64,000 nt of DNA from an uncultured virus (IMG/VR IMGVR_UViG_3300044700_000221) (lineage: Duplodnaviria > Heunggongvirae > Uroviricota > Caudoviricetes): the IMG/VR virus record IMGVR_UViG_3300044700_000221; one strand, 5' to 3'. A program made the position numbers and the translations under genes. Under the pieces are notes generated by a model. The model was not told the DNA's origin, made no database searches, and saw only the letters and a program-made list of their open reading frames with translations. Below, one piece after another: positions 55,233-64,000 of the stretch (positions within the stretch are counted from its first letter, which is position 1; every line of letters begins with the position of its first letter).

Positions 55233-56118
55233 TGTTGCCTCCATCCTTGAATCCGCAGGGGTAGAGATTTCTCGTACTGGAGATAGGGAAATCACAGGTA
55301 AATGCCCTGTTCACATTCGTACAGTAGGGAAAGAGGATAGGTCTCCATCGTGGAGCATTAACGCCGAAACCGGTCTATGGATTTGTTTTTCTTGTGGTGC
55401 TCGTGGTTCCCTCTCTTCATTGCTTTACGAGTTAATTGGTGCTGACGCACTAGGCGCTCAACAGTTCCTTATTCAATCAGGAATGGATAGGCTTACTGCT
55501 TCCAAGCCTTTGGAGAAGCAGGCACCAGTACTTAACGTTGAAGCGTTTTACAAATTTGAACGAGTTCCGGATAAGTACTGTTTTGCTCGTGGTCTAAACC
55601 CTGACATTGTCTACAAGTTTGGTGTTCGGTGGAACCCCACCAACAAGTCATGGGCCATCCCAGTAGTCTCACCTTTAGGTCAACTCATGGGTTGGCAGGA
55701 AAAGAAAAAGGGGTGGGTTCGTAACTACCCAGTTGGTGTTTCTAAAGGCGCAACACTGTTTGGTGTTGAACGTTTTCGTGGTAAGACTGCAGTCATTGTG
55801 GAGTCCCCACTTGACATCATTAGGTTTGCTGCAGTTTTTGATTCCCCTCAAGCTCTAGCATCCTTTGGCGCCCACATGACTAAAGTCCAAATGGACTTGC
55901 TGCTTCACCTTGCTGACAAGGTGGTCGTTGCTATGGATAACGATGAAGCTGGTATTGAATCCAGCAAGAAGCTCTACAAGCTTATGGGAACTCCCCGTAA
56001 AGGTATACGTTGGTGGAACTACACAGGTGTAGACTGTAAAGACATTGGTGACATGACTGACACCGAGATTGAAAACGGCTTGCTAGGAGCAACAGTTATA
56101 CCCCCCTGGATTGCATAA
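55198..56118 (+). CDS. DNA primase (CHC2 zinc finger + TOPRIM)
   Basis: CPVH...CFSC; IVESPLD; MDNDEAG. Confidence 0.9.
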   Translation: MMVTASTHLSTDVASILESAGVEISRTGDREITGKCPVHIRTVGKEDRSPSWSINAETGLWICFSCGARGSLSSLLYELIGADALGAQQFLIQSGMDRLTASKPLEKQAPVLNVEAFYKFERVPDKYCFARGLNPDIVYKFGVRWNPTNKSWAIPVVSPLGQLMGWQEKKKGWVRNYPVGVSKGATLFGVERFRGKTAVIVESPLDIIRFAAVFDSPQALASFGAHMTKVQMDLLLHLADKVVVAMDNDEAGIESSKKLYKLMGTPRKGIRWWNYTGVDCKDIGDMTDTEIENGLLGATVIPPWIA

Positions 56119-57665
56119 TGTTTAACGGAACCCTCTACCCATACCAGCAAGAATCAGTTGACTCCATGGTTGACCGTGGCCAAATGCTATTAGGACTGGT
56201 TATGGGTGCAGGTAAAACGGTTACAACCATTGCTGCTATCGAAATGCTTTTTGACCAAGGCGACATTGACAGGTGCCTCGTGATTGTCCCAGCCTCCTTG
56301 AAATACCAATGGGAACGGGAGATCAAGAAGTTCACAAACTCGAGAGTTACTGTTATTGATGGTTCCCCTAAAGTAAGGGAAAAGTGTTGGCGCGCAGCGA
56401 TCTCTGCTAGGTATGTAGTTGTAAACCCTGAGACACTTTCACGAGATGTGTCTCAGCTCTCATCATGCAAAGTGCAATCGGTAGTTGTAGACGAAGCAAC
56501 CATTATTAAGTCCAGGGTGAGTAAACGTTCTAAGTTGATTAAGAAGATTGGTAAGACAGCTCACTACCGGTTTGCACTTACTGGGCAACCTATTGAAAAC
56601 CGTCCAGAAGAACTGTTCTCAATTATGGAATTTGTGGATCCCTCAATACTTGGACGCTTTGATTTGTTTGACCGCACCTTCATTGTGCGTGACCACTTTG
56701 GTAAACCTACGCGTTACAAAAATTTAAAGACTCTTCATGATTCACTTAAAGATTGTATGATCCGCAAAACCAGAGAAGACATTGCCGACCAGTTACCAAA
56801 AATTATTCACCAAGTTATCCCAATACCTTTTGATGATAAGGGCGCGACGCTATACAAACTCATTGCAAATGACCTTCTTAATCAATTACAAAAAGCAATG
56901 AGCATGCACGGTGGTTCTTTTAACCTGTGGAAACACTACAATGACCCTCAATCAAATGAAGCTCAAGGGCAAATTATGTCTAGGCTTACTGTGCTTCGAA
57001 TGCTTTGTGACAACCCCCATTTAGTTACAGGCTCCGCCAAAAACTACAACGATAGAACAAAGCCCAATCAAGGAAGCGCTTACGCAGACGTAATTGTTAC
57101 TAAGGGGTTATTAGAAGGTGTAGTACAAGCACCAAAGCTTGACGCTGTAGTTGACTACATAACAGAAGTACTTGGTGAGGATCCTAAAAACAAAGTTGTT
57201 TTGTTTTCGTTCTTTAAAGAAAACTTAAGGTTGATTCAACAATCTACCTCAAAGATTACAAACTCAGTATTGTTTACTGGTGACATATCAGCAGAAGACA
57301 AAGACACTGCTAAACAACAGTTTGGCAATGACCCTAACACTCGGTTGTTCTTATCATCAGACGCAGGTGGTTATGGTGTTGACTTACCCATGGCCAACTA
57401 CCTGATTTCTTATGACCTGCCATGGAGTAGCGGAAAACTAGAACAAAGAGAAGCTCGTATTATTAGGTTGTCTTCACAATTTCCTCATGTTACGATTGCC
57501 ACATTCGTTATGCAAGGTTCCATTGAAGAACGACAGTACGACATGCTTCAACAGAAGCGTTCTATCAACGAAGCTTTTGTTGACGGTAAGCACCACGACA
57601 TTCGTGGTGGTTTTGATATCACACTAAGTAGCCTATCTTCTTTCCTAAAAGACTCAGAGGTATAA
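56118..57665 (+). CDS. SNF2-family helicase
   Basis: MGAGKT, VVDEA, LTGQPIEN, GGYGVDL, QREARIIR. Confidence 0.9.
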   Translation: MFNGTLYPYQQESVDSMVDRGQMLLGLVMGAGKTVTTIAAIEMLFDQGDIDRCLVIVPASLKYQWEREIKKFTNSRVTVIDGSPKVREKCWRAAISARYVVVNPETLSRDVSQLSSCKVQSVVVDEATIIKSRVSKRSKLIKKIGKTAHYRFALTGQPIENRPEELFSIMEFVDPSILGRFDLFDRTFIVRDHFGKPTRYKNLKTLHDSLKDCMIRKTREDIADQLPKIIHQVIPIPFDDKGATLYKLIANDLLNQLQKAMSMHGGSFNLWKHYNDPQSNEAQGQIMSRLTVLRMLCDNPHLVTGSAKNYNDRTKPNQGSAYADVIVTKGLLEGVVQAPKLDAVVDYITEVLGEDPKNKVVLFSFFKENLRLIQQSTSKITNSVLFTGDISAEDKDTAKQQFGNDPNTRLFLSSDAGGYGVDLPMANYLISYDLPWSSGKLEQREARIIRLSSQFPHVTIATFVMQGSIEERQYDMLQQKRSINEAFVDGKHHDIRGGFDITLSSLSSFLKDSEV

Positions 57666-57666
57666 A

Positions 57667-58128
57667 ATGATTAACGAACCAAAGCACGTAAGCTTGCCAG
57701 AGAGGGATGGCAAAATAAAGCCAACCCGTCAACTGCTTGGCCGTTTGGCGGCTGAGTACAAAGAATCAAAAGAGTTTGGAGAACGCATTCAAAAGCGTAC
57801 TGACGAACTTAAGAAAGTCTTAATAGACAACCTACGAGAGTACGGGGTTCCTGATGACAAAGGCCATAAGTGGTTAGCTGCTGGTGACATGCAGGTAAAG
57901 CATGAACGTCGCGTAAGCTCTGGCTTTGATTTGCAGAGTGCAATTGAATGGATTAAACAAATGGATGCCTGGGATGAAGTCAAAGAAGTCATTGAAACCA
58001 CCAATGAAGACCGCATCCTTCAGTACGCATGGGCTAACGAGTACAAAGATGTTGTTGCTAAGTTTTACACCGAGCGTGAAACATGGGCATTTAAATTGAT
58101 TGAACAGAAGAGCTATGACGACGAATGA
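57667..58128 (+). CDS. Hypothetical protein
   Basis: 153-aa ORF in the replication operon. Confidence 0.75.
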   Translation: MINEPKHVSLPERDGKIKPTRQLLGRLAAEYKESKEFGERIQKRTDELKKVLIDNLREYGVPDDKGHKWLAAGDMQVKHERRVSSGFDLQSAIEWIKQMDAWDEVKEVIETTNEDRILQYAWANEYKDVVAKFYTERETWAFKLIEQKSYDDE

Positions 58129-58288
58129 GCTTTATGAATGGCTGAAAGACAAGTCGACGGTAGTTACTGCGTCTGGCCAAACCTATGACATTGTAAAGTT
58201 TAAACAGGCCGTGTCTCTTATAGAGTTTCTTATGGAAGAGCGGGACTACTGGAAAAGAGCATACGAAGAGGCGCGTAGTGACTCGTGA
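58115..58288 (+). CDS. Small hypothetical protein
   Basis: Fills the gap and overlaps both neighbours. Confidence 0.6.
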   Translation: MTTNELYEWLKDKSTVVTASGQTYDIVKFKQAVSLIEFLMEERDYWKRAYEEARSDS

Positions 58289-58715
58289 TCCTCTAGACAT
58301 GTTCAACGCACTTCCAGACTTTCCTGGTAAGACCCCTCCTAAAAACAGGCCAAGCAAAGTACGCGATTCAATTATTGAGGATCGTTTTAATGGCGCTAAG
58401 TCCAAGATGATGAAGGTCAATGGGGTCGAAAGACAGTTCTTTACGGTTGGTGAATTAGCAAAAGCTCTTAACCGTAAGCCGGTTACAATCAGGTCATGGG
58501 AGCTTAACGGTTGGCTTCCAAAAGCTAAGTACAGGACACCCGCTCCACGTGGCGTACAAATTCCTGGAAAAGTTGCAAAAGGACGTAGGCTTTACTCGCT
58601 AGAGCAGGTAGAGTTTCTACTTACCGCGTTGTCGCGGTTTGAGATAGACGACCCAGCCAAGGCCAACTGGGTCGGCTTCAGACAACACATCAAAAACAAA
58701 TGGCCCAACGATTAA
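58278..58715 (+). CDS. MerR-like HTH DNA-binding protein
   Basis: FTVGELAKALNRKPVTIRSWELNGWLP...GRRLYS. Confidence 0.82.
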   Translation: MTRDPLDMFNALPDFPGKTPPKNRPSKVRDSIIEDRFNGAKSKMMKVNGVERQFFTVGELAKALNRKPVTIRSWELNGWLPKAKYRTPAPRGVQIPGKVAKGRRLYSLEQVEFLLTALSRFEIDDPAKANWVGFRQHIKNKWPND

Positions 58716-58725
58716 GGAAAAAAGC

Positions 58726-59421
58726 ATGAGTAGATACGATGACGAAGACGAGATCATGGAAGATGCGCCAGTTCGCAATACTTCAGGTCTCAAACTAGTA
58801 GTAGAAGACGCAGAGGAAGCACCAGCGCCATCAGGCGCACGTGTTATCCGACGTGGTTGGGGAGCGGCAGAAGCAGTAAAGCACGCCGACTCACCTTTCG
58901 CACAGCGTCTTCGTGTGATGGATGACCCCATCGTTATTAAGTTCTTGGAAGATGAACCCTACGCCTCGTTCCGTCAACACTGGATTGAGCGCAGCGGTCA
59001 GAAGTCATTTACTTGTATTGCAGACATTGACCCCAAGGGTTGCCCACTTTGTGACGCAGGCAGTCGCCCATCAACACGTTTTGCGTTTAACGTTGTGTTG
59101 TTAAGCAACGACGCTGAACCGTCAGTCAAGTCCTATGAAGTTGGTCCTCGTGTTATTGACCAACTCAAGAACTTTCACAATGATCCACGTCAGGGACCTT
59201 TGTCAAAGCACTTCTGGGCAGTAAGCCGTTCAGGTAAAGGTGCAACCTCAGCGACCAATCACCAGTTGGTTAAAGAGCGAGACCTTGAAGAGTGGGGCTT
59301 AGACATCCTTAGTGAATCTGACATCAAGGATTTACGTGGCAAAGCATACAGTCCAGACATCATTACAATTCCATCTCGCAAGGATCTACAGCAGATTGCT
59401 CTAGAAGACTTGTCAGACTGA
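58726..59421 (+). CDS. Single-stranded DNA-binding protein (T4 gp32-like)
   Basis: IKFL...RQHWI...C...CPLC...FAFNV; upstream of the polymerase. Confidence 0.75.
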   Translation: MSRYDDEDEIMEDAPVRNTSGLKLVVEDAEEAPAPSGARVIRRGWGAAEAVKHADSPFAQRLRVMDDPIVIKFLEDEPYASFRQHWIERSGQKSFTCIADIDPKGCPLCDAGSRPSTRFAFNVVLLSNDAEPSVKSYEVGPRVIDQLKNFHNDPRQGPLSKHFWAVSRSGKGATSATNHQLVKERDLEEWGLDILSESDIKDLRGKAYSPDIITIPSRKDLQQIALEDLSD

Positions 59422-59426
59422 CACCT

Positions 59427-61517
59427 ATGACACTCAGTGTTAGAAACGTGGGGGGCCTCCGTGCCCCCCACGTTGTATCTTCAATAGAAGAACTACAAGA
59501 GATTGTTCAAATTGTTTCTGAGGTTGGCGCATTCGCTTTTGACGTCGAGACCATGGGCGCTGTTGATAGACACCCCGATGTGCTTGGGTGGATTGAGAAA
59601 GAATGGAAAGACCACATTGCCACTCTCAAGAATCAATCTGAAGACATAAAAGCTCGTGCTAAAGACATCATTACAGCACGTTGGAAAAACACACTTGCTT
59701 TAGACCCTCTACGCAACAGTGTCTTTTGGTTAGGCATTGCAACCAAAGGCAGGTCTTGGGCTATTCCAATGGGGCACCCAAATGGTGAAGTAGTTATTCC
59801 AGAAGAACGTGGTGATGGGACAACAACACCCCCACCAGGGTTTAGGAAGTTTACTGCTAGTGGTAAAGAGTCCATGGCAAAAGCTCGGTACTTCAAGCCC
59901 GCAGTATTTAGCCCAGCACCTAAACAACTATCTTGTTCAGAAGTGTTTGAGGCACTGAGGCCAATCTTCTTTAGTGACATTGTTAAAGTTGGGCACAACG
60001 TAAAGTTTGACGCCAGGTCTATCCGTAAGTACTACGGAGGTGAGTTACCTCCAGGTCCTTATCTAGACACGATGATTATGCAGCACGTGGTTAACGAGAA
60101 CTTGTCAGAGTACAGTCTTGATCATTTGATTGCCCATAACTTTGAGGGGCACAGCGCGTACGCAAAAGACGGAAAGCTTGGAAAGATAATCACTGAAGTG
60201 CCTTTCACCAAGGCGACTAGGTATGTACATCTTGATGTCAGGTGGACATGGTTGTTGTATACCCGACTGTACCCACGCATTACGTCAGCTCCAGAACTGC
60301 TCTCTTGCCTACGTCAGGACATGGGTGTTCTACATGTCCTAATGGAAATGGAAGACGAAGGCATTCCAGTAGACCATAGGGCAATGACAAAGCTGGGTAA
60401 GAGTTTAGAAAAACGACTTCAAGAGCTTCTGCTTGATATGACACAGTACGCACCACCAGGGTTTAACCCCGACAGTACAAAGCATAAGCAACAGCTTCTA
60501 TTTAATAAGAAGCGAGAGGGTGGATTAGCCCTTAGGCCTTCCAAGCTAACTCCTAGCGGTGCTGCATCTGTGGATGAAGAGACTCTTCATAAACTTGAAA
60601 CCAAGCACCCCATCATCCCAATGCTTATTGAATGGTCAGAAACAAAGAAACTAGTTTCAACCTACGTTGACGGCCTGCTTCCAAAACTAGTTCACAATCG
60701 TCTACATCCGTCGTTCCACCTGCACCGAACTGCAACCGGACGCCTGTCTTCTAGTAACCCTAATCTCCAGAACATCCCACGAGATAGCAGCGTACGAAGT
60801 TTGTTTGTTGCCCCTCCTGGCTATGAATTGTTAGTAGCCGACTACGACCAAATTGAATTGCGTGTCATGTGTATGTTTTCGCATGACCCAAAAATGAGTG
60901 AGTTCTTTCTAACGGGAGAAGACATTCATGCTGGAGCGGCTGCCCTTGTGTTGAACAAATCAGTATCTGAAGTAACCCCAGAGGAACGCCAACTTGGCAA
61001 AGGAGTAAACTTCCTAACCGCCTACGGCGGTGGCGCACAGAAGCTTGCTCGAACAACTGGCATTGACGAAGACCACGCCAAGTTTGTGATTGACAGGTAT
61101 TACAAACAGTTCTCAGGGATTACCAAATGGAAACAAGATGTAATTGCCTTTGGCAAAGCTAAGGGTTACGTTTCCACGATGTCTGGCCGTAGGCGCCACC
61201 TTGTGGACCTCATGTCCCCAGACTCCCAACTTAGGTCACGTGCTGAACGACAAGCAGTTAATGCTGTGGTTCAAGGCTCAGCGGCAGACATCTGTAAGAA
61301 AGCAATGATCGATGTCTACCAGGCATTACAAGCCCACGAAGCACAGATGCTTGTTCAGGTTCACGACGAACTTGTGGTCATGGTCAAAGAAGAAGAAGCG
61401 GACAAATTACTTCCTGTCCTGGTCTCAGCCATGGGTGACGGGGTGTCCTATGAAGGTATACCATTAAAAGTATCTTGCCACTCAGCACGTAGCTGGGCGG
61501 AGGCCAAAGGAAAATGA
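59427..61517 (+). CDS. polA: Family A DNA polymerase (3'-5' exonuclease + polymerase, no 5'-3' exonuclease)
   Basis: FDVET, GHNVKFD, TGRLSSSNPNLQNIP, DYDQIELR, KGVNFLTAYG, VHDEL. Confidence 0.95.
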   Translation: MTLSVRNVGGLRAPHVVSSIEELQEIVQIVSEVGAFAFDVETMGAVDRHPDVLGWIEKEWKDHIATLKNQSEDIKARAKDIITARWKNTLALDPLRNSVFWLGIATKGRSWAIPMGHPNGEVVIPEERGDGTTTPPPGFRKFTASGKESMAKARYFKPAVFSPAPKQLSCSEVFEALRPIFFSDIVKVGHNVKFDARSIRKYYGGELPPGPYLDTMIMQHVVNENLSEYSLDHLIAHNFEGHSAYAKDGKLGKIITEVPFTKATRYVHLDVRWTWLLYTRLYPRITSAPELLSCLRQDMGVLHVLMEMEDEGIPVDHRAMTKLGKSLEKRLQELLLDMTQYAPPGFNPDSTKHKQQLLFNKKREGGLALRPSKLTPSGAASVDEETLHKLETKHPIIPMLIEWSETKKLVSTYVDGLLPKLVHNRLHPSFHLHRTATGRLSSSNPNLQNIPRDSSVRSLFVAPPGYELLVADYDQIELRVMCMFSHDPKMSEFFLTGEDIHAGAAALVLNKSVSEVTPEERQLGKGVNFLTAYGGGAQKLARTTGIDEDHAKFVIDRYYKQFSGITKWKQDVIAFGKAKGYVSTMSGRRRHLVDLMSPDSQLRSRAERQAVNAVVQGSAADICKKAMIDVYQALQAHEAQMLVQVHDELVVMVKEEEADKLLPVLVSAMGDGVSYEGIPLKVSCHSARSWAEAKGK
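59445..59474 (+). terminator. 12-bp GC hairpin (terminator/attenuator) inside the polA 5' end
   Basis: AACGTGGGGGGC-CTCCGT-GCCCCCCACGTT. Confidence 0.55.
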
Positions 61518-61942
61518 TAATGTCAATGACCCCAGTAGACAAACGAAACTTTTATCTGGCGCTATCCATATTGGAGGGCCAGAGGCTTGCTTCAACTGCT
61601 GGGTTCTCCTCACCTTCTGAAGAAGTTCAAGAAAGTGAGATTATGGATGTAATCCGTAAATGGCTAGTCCTTACATCCATTGGTTGCTTTGACAACGTAA
61701 AAGAGTGTTCAAACTGGATGCTTGAAGTTGTTAAAGCTAATAACAACCTGACAGAATCAGAAATTGAAAACACTCGGAATGTCTTAGTGTCTTTCGGTAT
61801 GGGACTGATCTCTCACTTGGTTGATAGTGATGTCCTTGTACTTCCAAATGACACAGAGGAACTTTCGATGGCTCCTGAAACTGCAGCTACATTTATTACA
61901 TTAATGACCGTTATCGCAGAGGAAGATGATTTAGATGAGTGA
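61514..61942 (+). CDS. Hypothetical protein
   Basis: Coupled 142-aa ORF. Confidence 0.75.
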   Translation: MIMSMTPVDKRNFYLALSILEGQRLASTAGFSSPSEEVQESEIMDVIRKWLVLTSIGCFDNVKECSNWMLEVVKANNNLTESEIENTRNVLVSFGMGLISHLVDSDVLVLPNDTEELSMAPETAATFITLMTVIAEEDDLDE

Positions 61943-62333
61943 TTGGTGGGCACGTCGCCTAGCTTCAAACAACCAACCAGACCAACAGCCCCGTCAAGGC
62001 ACGTCGTTGCCCCCAACGTCGGCACCATTAAGGTTTCCACCAGCAGTTCCCGCTAACCCCTATCCAACAACAAGTCAAAAGGTATTAGACGAACGCCGCG
62101 CTCCACAAGATGAGCTCACCATGGGCGAAGCTATTCGTTTATGGAAGGGTGGAGAAGCTGCTCGCAAACAAGGGGACATGACATGCCCTGAGTGCGGAAG
62201 TGCCCACGTGTTTTCTAGAACTTCCAAGGGTGGTAACAGCACAATTAATGGTAAACCTCCTGCCCCCAGATGCTTTGAATGTGGGTGGAATGGCATGTAT
62301 GATCAAGGCCTGCAGTCTTCCTGGGCTGTTTAA
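61935..62333 (+). CDS. Zinc-ribbon protein
   Basis: CPECGS...RCFECG. Confidence 0.75.
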   Translation: MSDWWARRLASNNQPDQQPRQGTSLPPTSAPLRFPPAVPANPYPTTSQKVLDERRAPQDELTMGEAIRLWKGGEAARKQGDMTCPECGSAHVFSRTSKGGNSTINGKPPAPRCFECGWNGMYDQGLQSSWAV

Positions 62334-62346
62334 TTAGGAGCACAAA

Positions 62347-63363
62347 TTGAAAAACGAAAACCATGAGACGCTTGCGTCTATCATTGCGTCAATCAACAAG
62401 AAGTACGGCGAAGACATTGTCGTTCAAGGTAACAGGGTAAAAGAAGAACTACCACGCATTACAACTGGAATTCTTGCTTATGACCTCATGCTTGGTGGTG
62501 GCTGGCCAATGAACCAATGGTCTGAGATTATTGGTGATGAGTCGTCAGGCAAAACAGCTATTGCGTATAAGACCATCGCGGCTAACCAAGCATTAGATCC
62601 TGATTGGATTGCTATGTGGGTTGCTGCCGAAGAGTTTGTACCAGAGTATGCAGCAGCACTAGGTGTTGACTTAGAGCGCCTGTGGGTTGTTGAAACCAAC
62701 ATTATGGAACACGCTTACGACTTAATTATTAAAACTATGGAGAATCGTGCAGTTGACTGTATTGTTCTTGACTCCATGCCAGCCCTTGTACCTGGTGACG
62801 AAGACGAAAAAACTATGTCTGAGTTTCAAATGGGTCTTGGTGCACGACTTACTGGCAAATTCTTCCGTAAATCATCAAAGGCTCAAAAGCGTTCAATGAT
62901 CCATGAAGATCGTGGGTGTACTGGCTTAGTTATTAACCAGTGGCGTGAAAAGATTGGCGTCATGTACGGTGACCCTCGCACTACTCCAGGTGGTAAAGCA
63001 AAGAACTTCCACTATTTTGTTCGCATTGAATTAAAGCGTGATGAGTGGATTAAAGAAAAAGATGAGCCAGTTGGTCAAACGATTCGTGGTCGCACACTCA
63101 AAAACAAAACTTACCGCCCTCAGCAAGTTGCAGTAGTTGACTTCTACTTTGCACCTTCAGGCATCTTTAAGCTTGGGGAGTTTGACACCATAAAAGATAT
63201 CGTCAACATCTGCATTGCTACCGAAATTGTGACGCGAACTGGTGCGTACTACAACTACAATGGCCAAAAGTGGCAGGGTAAAGAAGCTTTACTGCAAGGG
63301 GTTAGAGAGGACCTTGGGCTTCAAGCAGACCTTAAGCAGAAAGCCAAAGAAAAGTTTGTATGA
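62347..63363 (+). CDS. recA: RecA-like recombinase
   Basis: GDESSGKT, IVLDS, INQWREKIGVMYGDPRTTPGG. Confidence 0.93.
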   Translation: MKNENHETLASIIASINKKYGEDIVVQGNRVKEELPRITTGILAYDLMLGGGWPMNQWSEIIGDESSGKTAIAYKTIAANQALDPDWIAMWVAAEEFVPEYAAALGVDLERLWVVETNIMEHAYDLIIKTMENRAVDCIVLDSMPALVPGDEDEKTMSEFQMGLGARLTGKFFRKSSKAQKRSMIHEDRGCTGLVINQWREKIGVMYGDPRTTPGGKAKNFHYFVRIELKRDEWIKEKDEPVGQTIRGRTLKNKTYRPQQVAVVDFYFAPSGIFKLGEFDTIKDIVNICIATEIVTRTGAYYNYNGQKWQGKEALLQGVREDLGLQADLKQKAKEKFV

Positions 63364-63698
63364 TTCTTGGGCGTGAAAATCCAAAAGATAAACAACGCCA
63401 AATAATGAAAGCCTCAAAAAAGCAGGAACTACGTTCTGCTAAGGCTTACAATGGCAGCCGTAATGCCGGGTCAGGCTCCGGGTGGTTACGCAAGAATGAT
63501 GTGCGTACCCACGACATGCTCATAGAAAATAAGTTGACCTACAATGAGAAGTCTTATTCAATTAAGGCCAAAGAACTACAGGAGTTAACACAACGTGCTG
63601 TACTTGAAGATAGGCTCCCTGTGTTGCAGTTCGATCTTGGCGGGCGTAATTACGTCATTCTTAATGAAGCAGACTTCCAAATGATTATCGGAGAATAA
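63360..63698 (+). CDS. Holliday junction resolvase-like PD-(D/E)xK nuclease
   Basis: QE...GSGS...KNDV...LIENK. Confidence 0.78.
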   Translation: MILGRENPKDKQRQIMKASKKQELRSAKAYNGSRNAGSGSGWLRKNDVRTHDMLIENKLTYNEKSYSIKAKELQELTQRAVLEDRLPVLQFDLGGRNYVILNEADFQMIIGE

Positions 63699-64000
63699 TG
63701 ACTGACACCCCGTGGAACTTACAAGACTACAAAAAAGCCATGAGGTCTCGTGGTCGTCTAATCCCTCTTGTTGAAAACGTGGCACGCCAAGAAGCTGCTG
63801 CAAAAAATAGCAAGCGAGATACTGAGCATCTTCACCCCAGTGAACTTTCTAAAAAAGAGTGGTGTGGAAGAGCAGCTGTTTACAAAATTACAAACGTCGA
63901 AGGCGCTGCTGAATCAAATGCATTTGGTAGACTCAATGTGTTTGCTGAAGGCAACGCCATTCATACAAAATGGCAAACTTGGTTATGGGAAGCTGGGGTG
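63698..64000 (+). CDS. Cas4/RecB-like exonuclease, partial
   Basis: Hand-translated: ...EHLHPSELSKKEWCGRAAVY...VFAEGNAIH...; open to the window end. Confidence 0.7.
   Translation, partial: MTDTPWNLQDYKKAMRSRGRLIPLVENVARQEAAAKNSKRDTEHLHPSELSKKEWCGRAAVYKITNVEGAAESNAFGRLNVFAEGNAIHTKWQTWLWEAGV

Noticed and set aside
23107..63363. Inteins or introns in terminase, DnaB, PolA or RecA
   Set aside because: Lengths are ordinary, motifs are contiguous and no intein or homing-endonuclease signatures were seen.
63698..64000. CRISPR-associated cas4
   Set aside because: Stand-alone Cas4-like nucleases are common in phage recombination modules; no array or other cas genes are present.
1..64000. Prophage in a host chromosome, or alternative genetic code
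   Set aside because: No integrase, att site or host genes in the window; long genes read through in the standard code using all three stops.

Overview
The window is a 64-kb piece of a tailed dsDNA phage with a contractile tail (sheath, tube, baseplate). It is probably lytic and infects an actinobacterium; that host is inferred from gene content and order, not tested. No integrase, CRISPR array or host housekeeping genes are visible. There are four blocks. (1) 1-6920: a visibly GC-richer, minus-strand 'early' arm of small orphan genes, a MoxR-type AAA+ ATPase with a HExxH/VWA partner, tRNA-Arg(CCU) and dense non-coding RNA structure. (2) 7082-7150: four perfect DnaA boxes at the strand switch. 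(3) 7189-50203: plus-strand genes for small proteins with shared leader peptides, tRNA-Ile(UAU), membrane proteins, fibres, lysis, terminase, head and tail, interrupted by a minus-strand glycosyltransferase. (4) After a short minus-strand Dps/basic-protein cassette, a replication module: HTH initiator with internal iterons, DnaC-like loader, DnaB, primase, SNF2 helicase, SSB, PolA, RecA, resolvase and a Cas4-like nuclease. The most striking unexplained signal is in the early arm. At least five genes each sit in the loop of their own long-range RNA duplex, four of them with a shared CAAUGG/CCRUUG core. They are interleaved with a repeated leader hairpin, ribosome-binding sites buried in hairpins, a 121-nt tRNA-like RNA with a non-tRNA core, a pseudoknot and tetraloop-rich multibranch RNAs. 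Product calls come from motif recognition by eye, not database searches.
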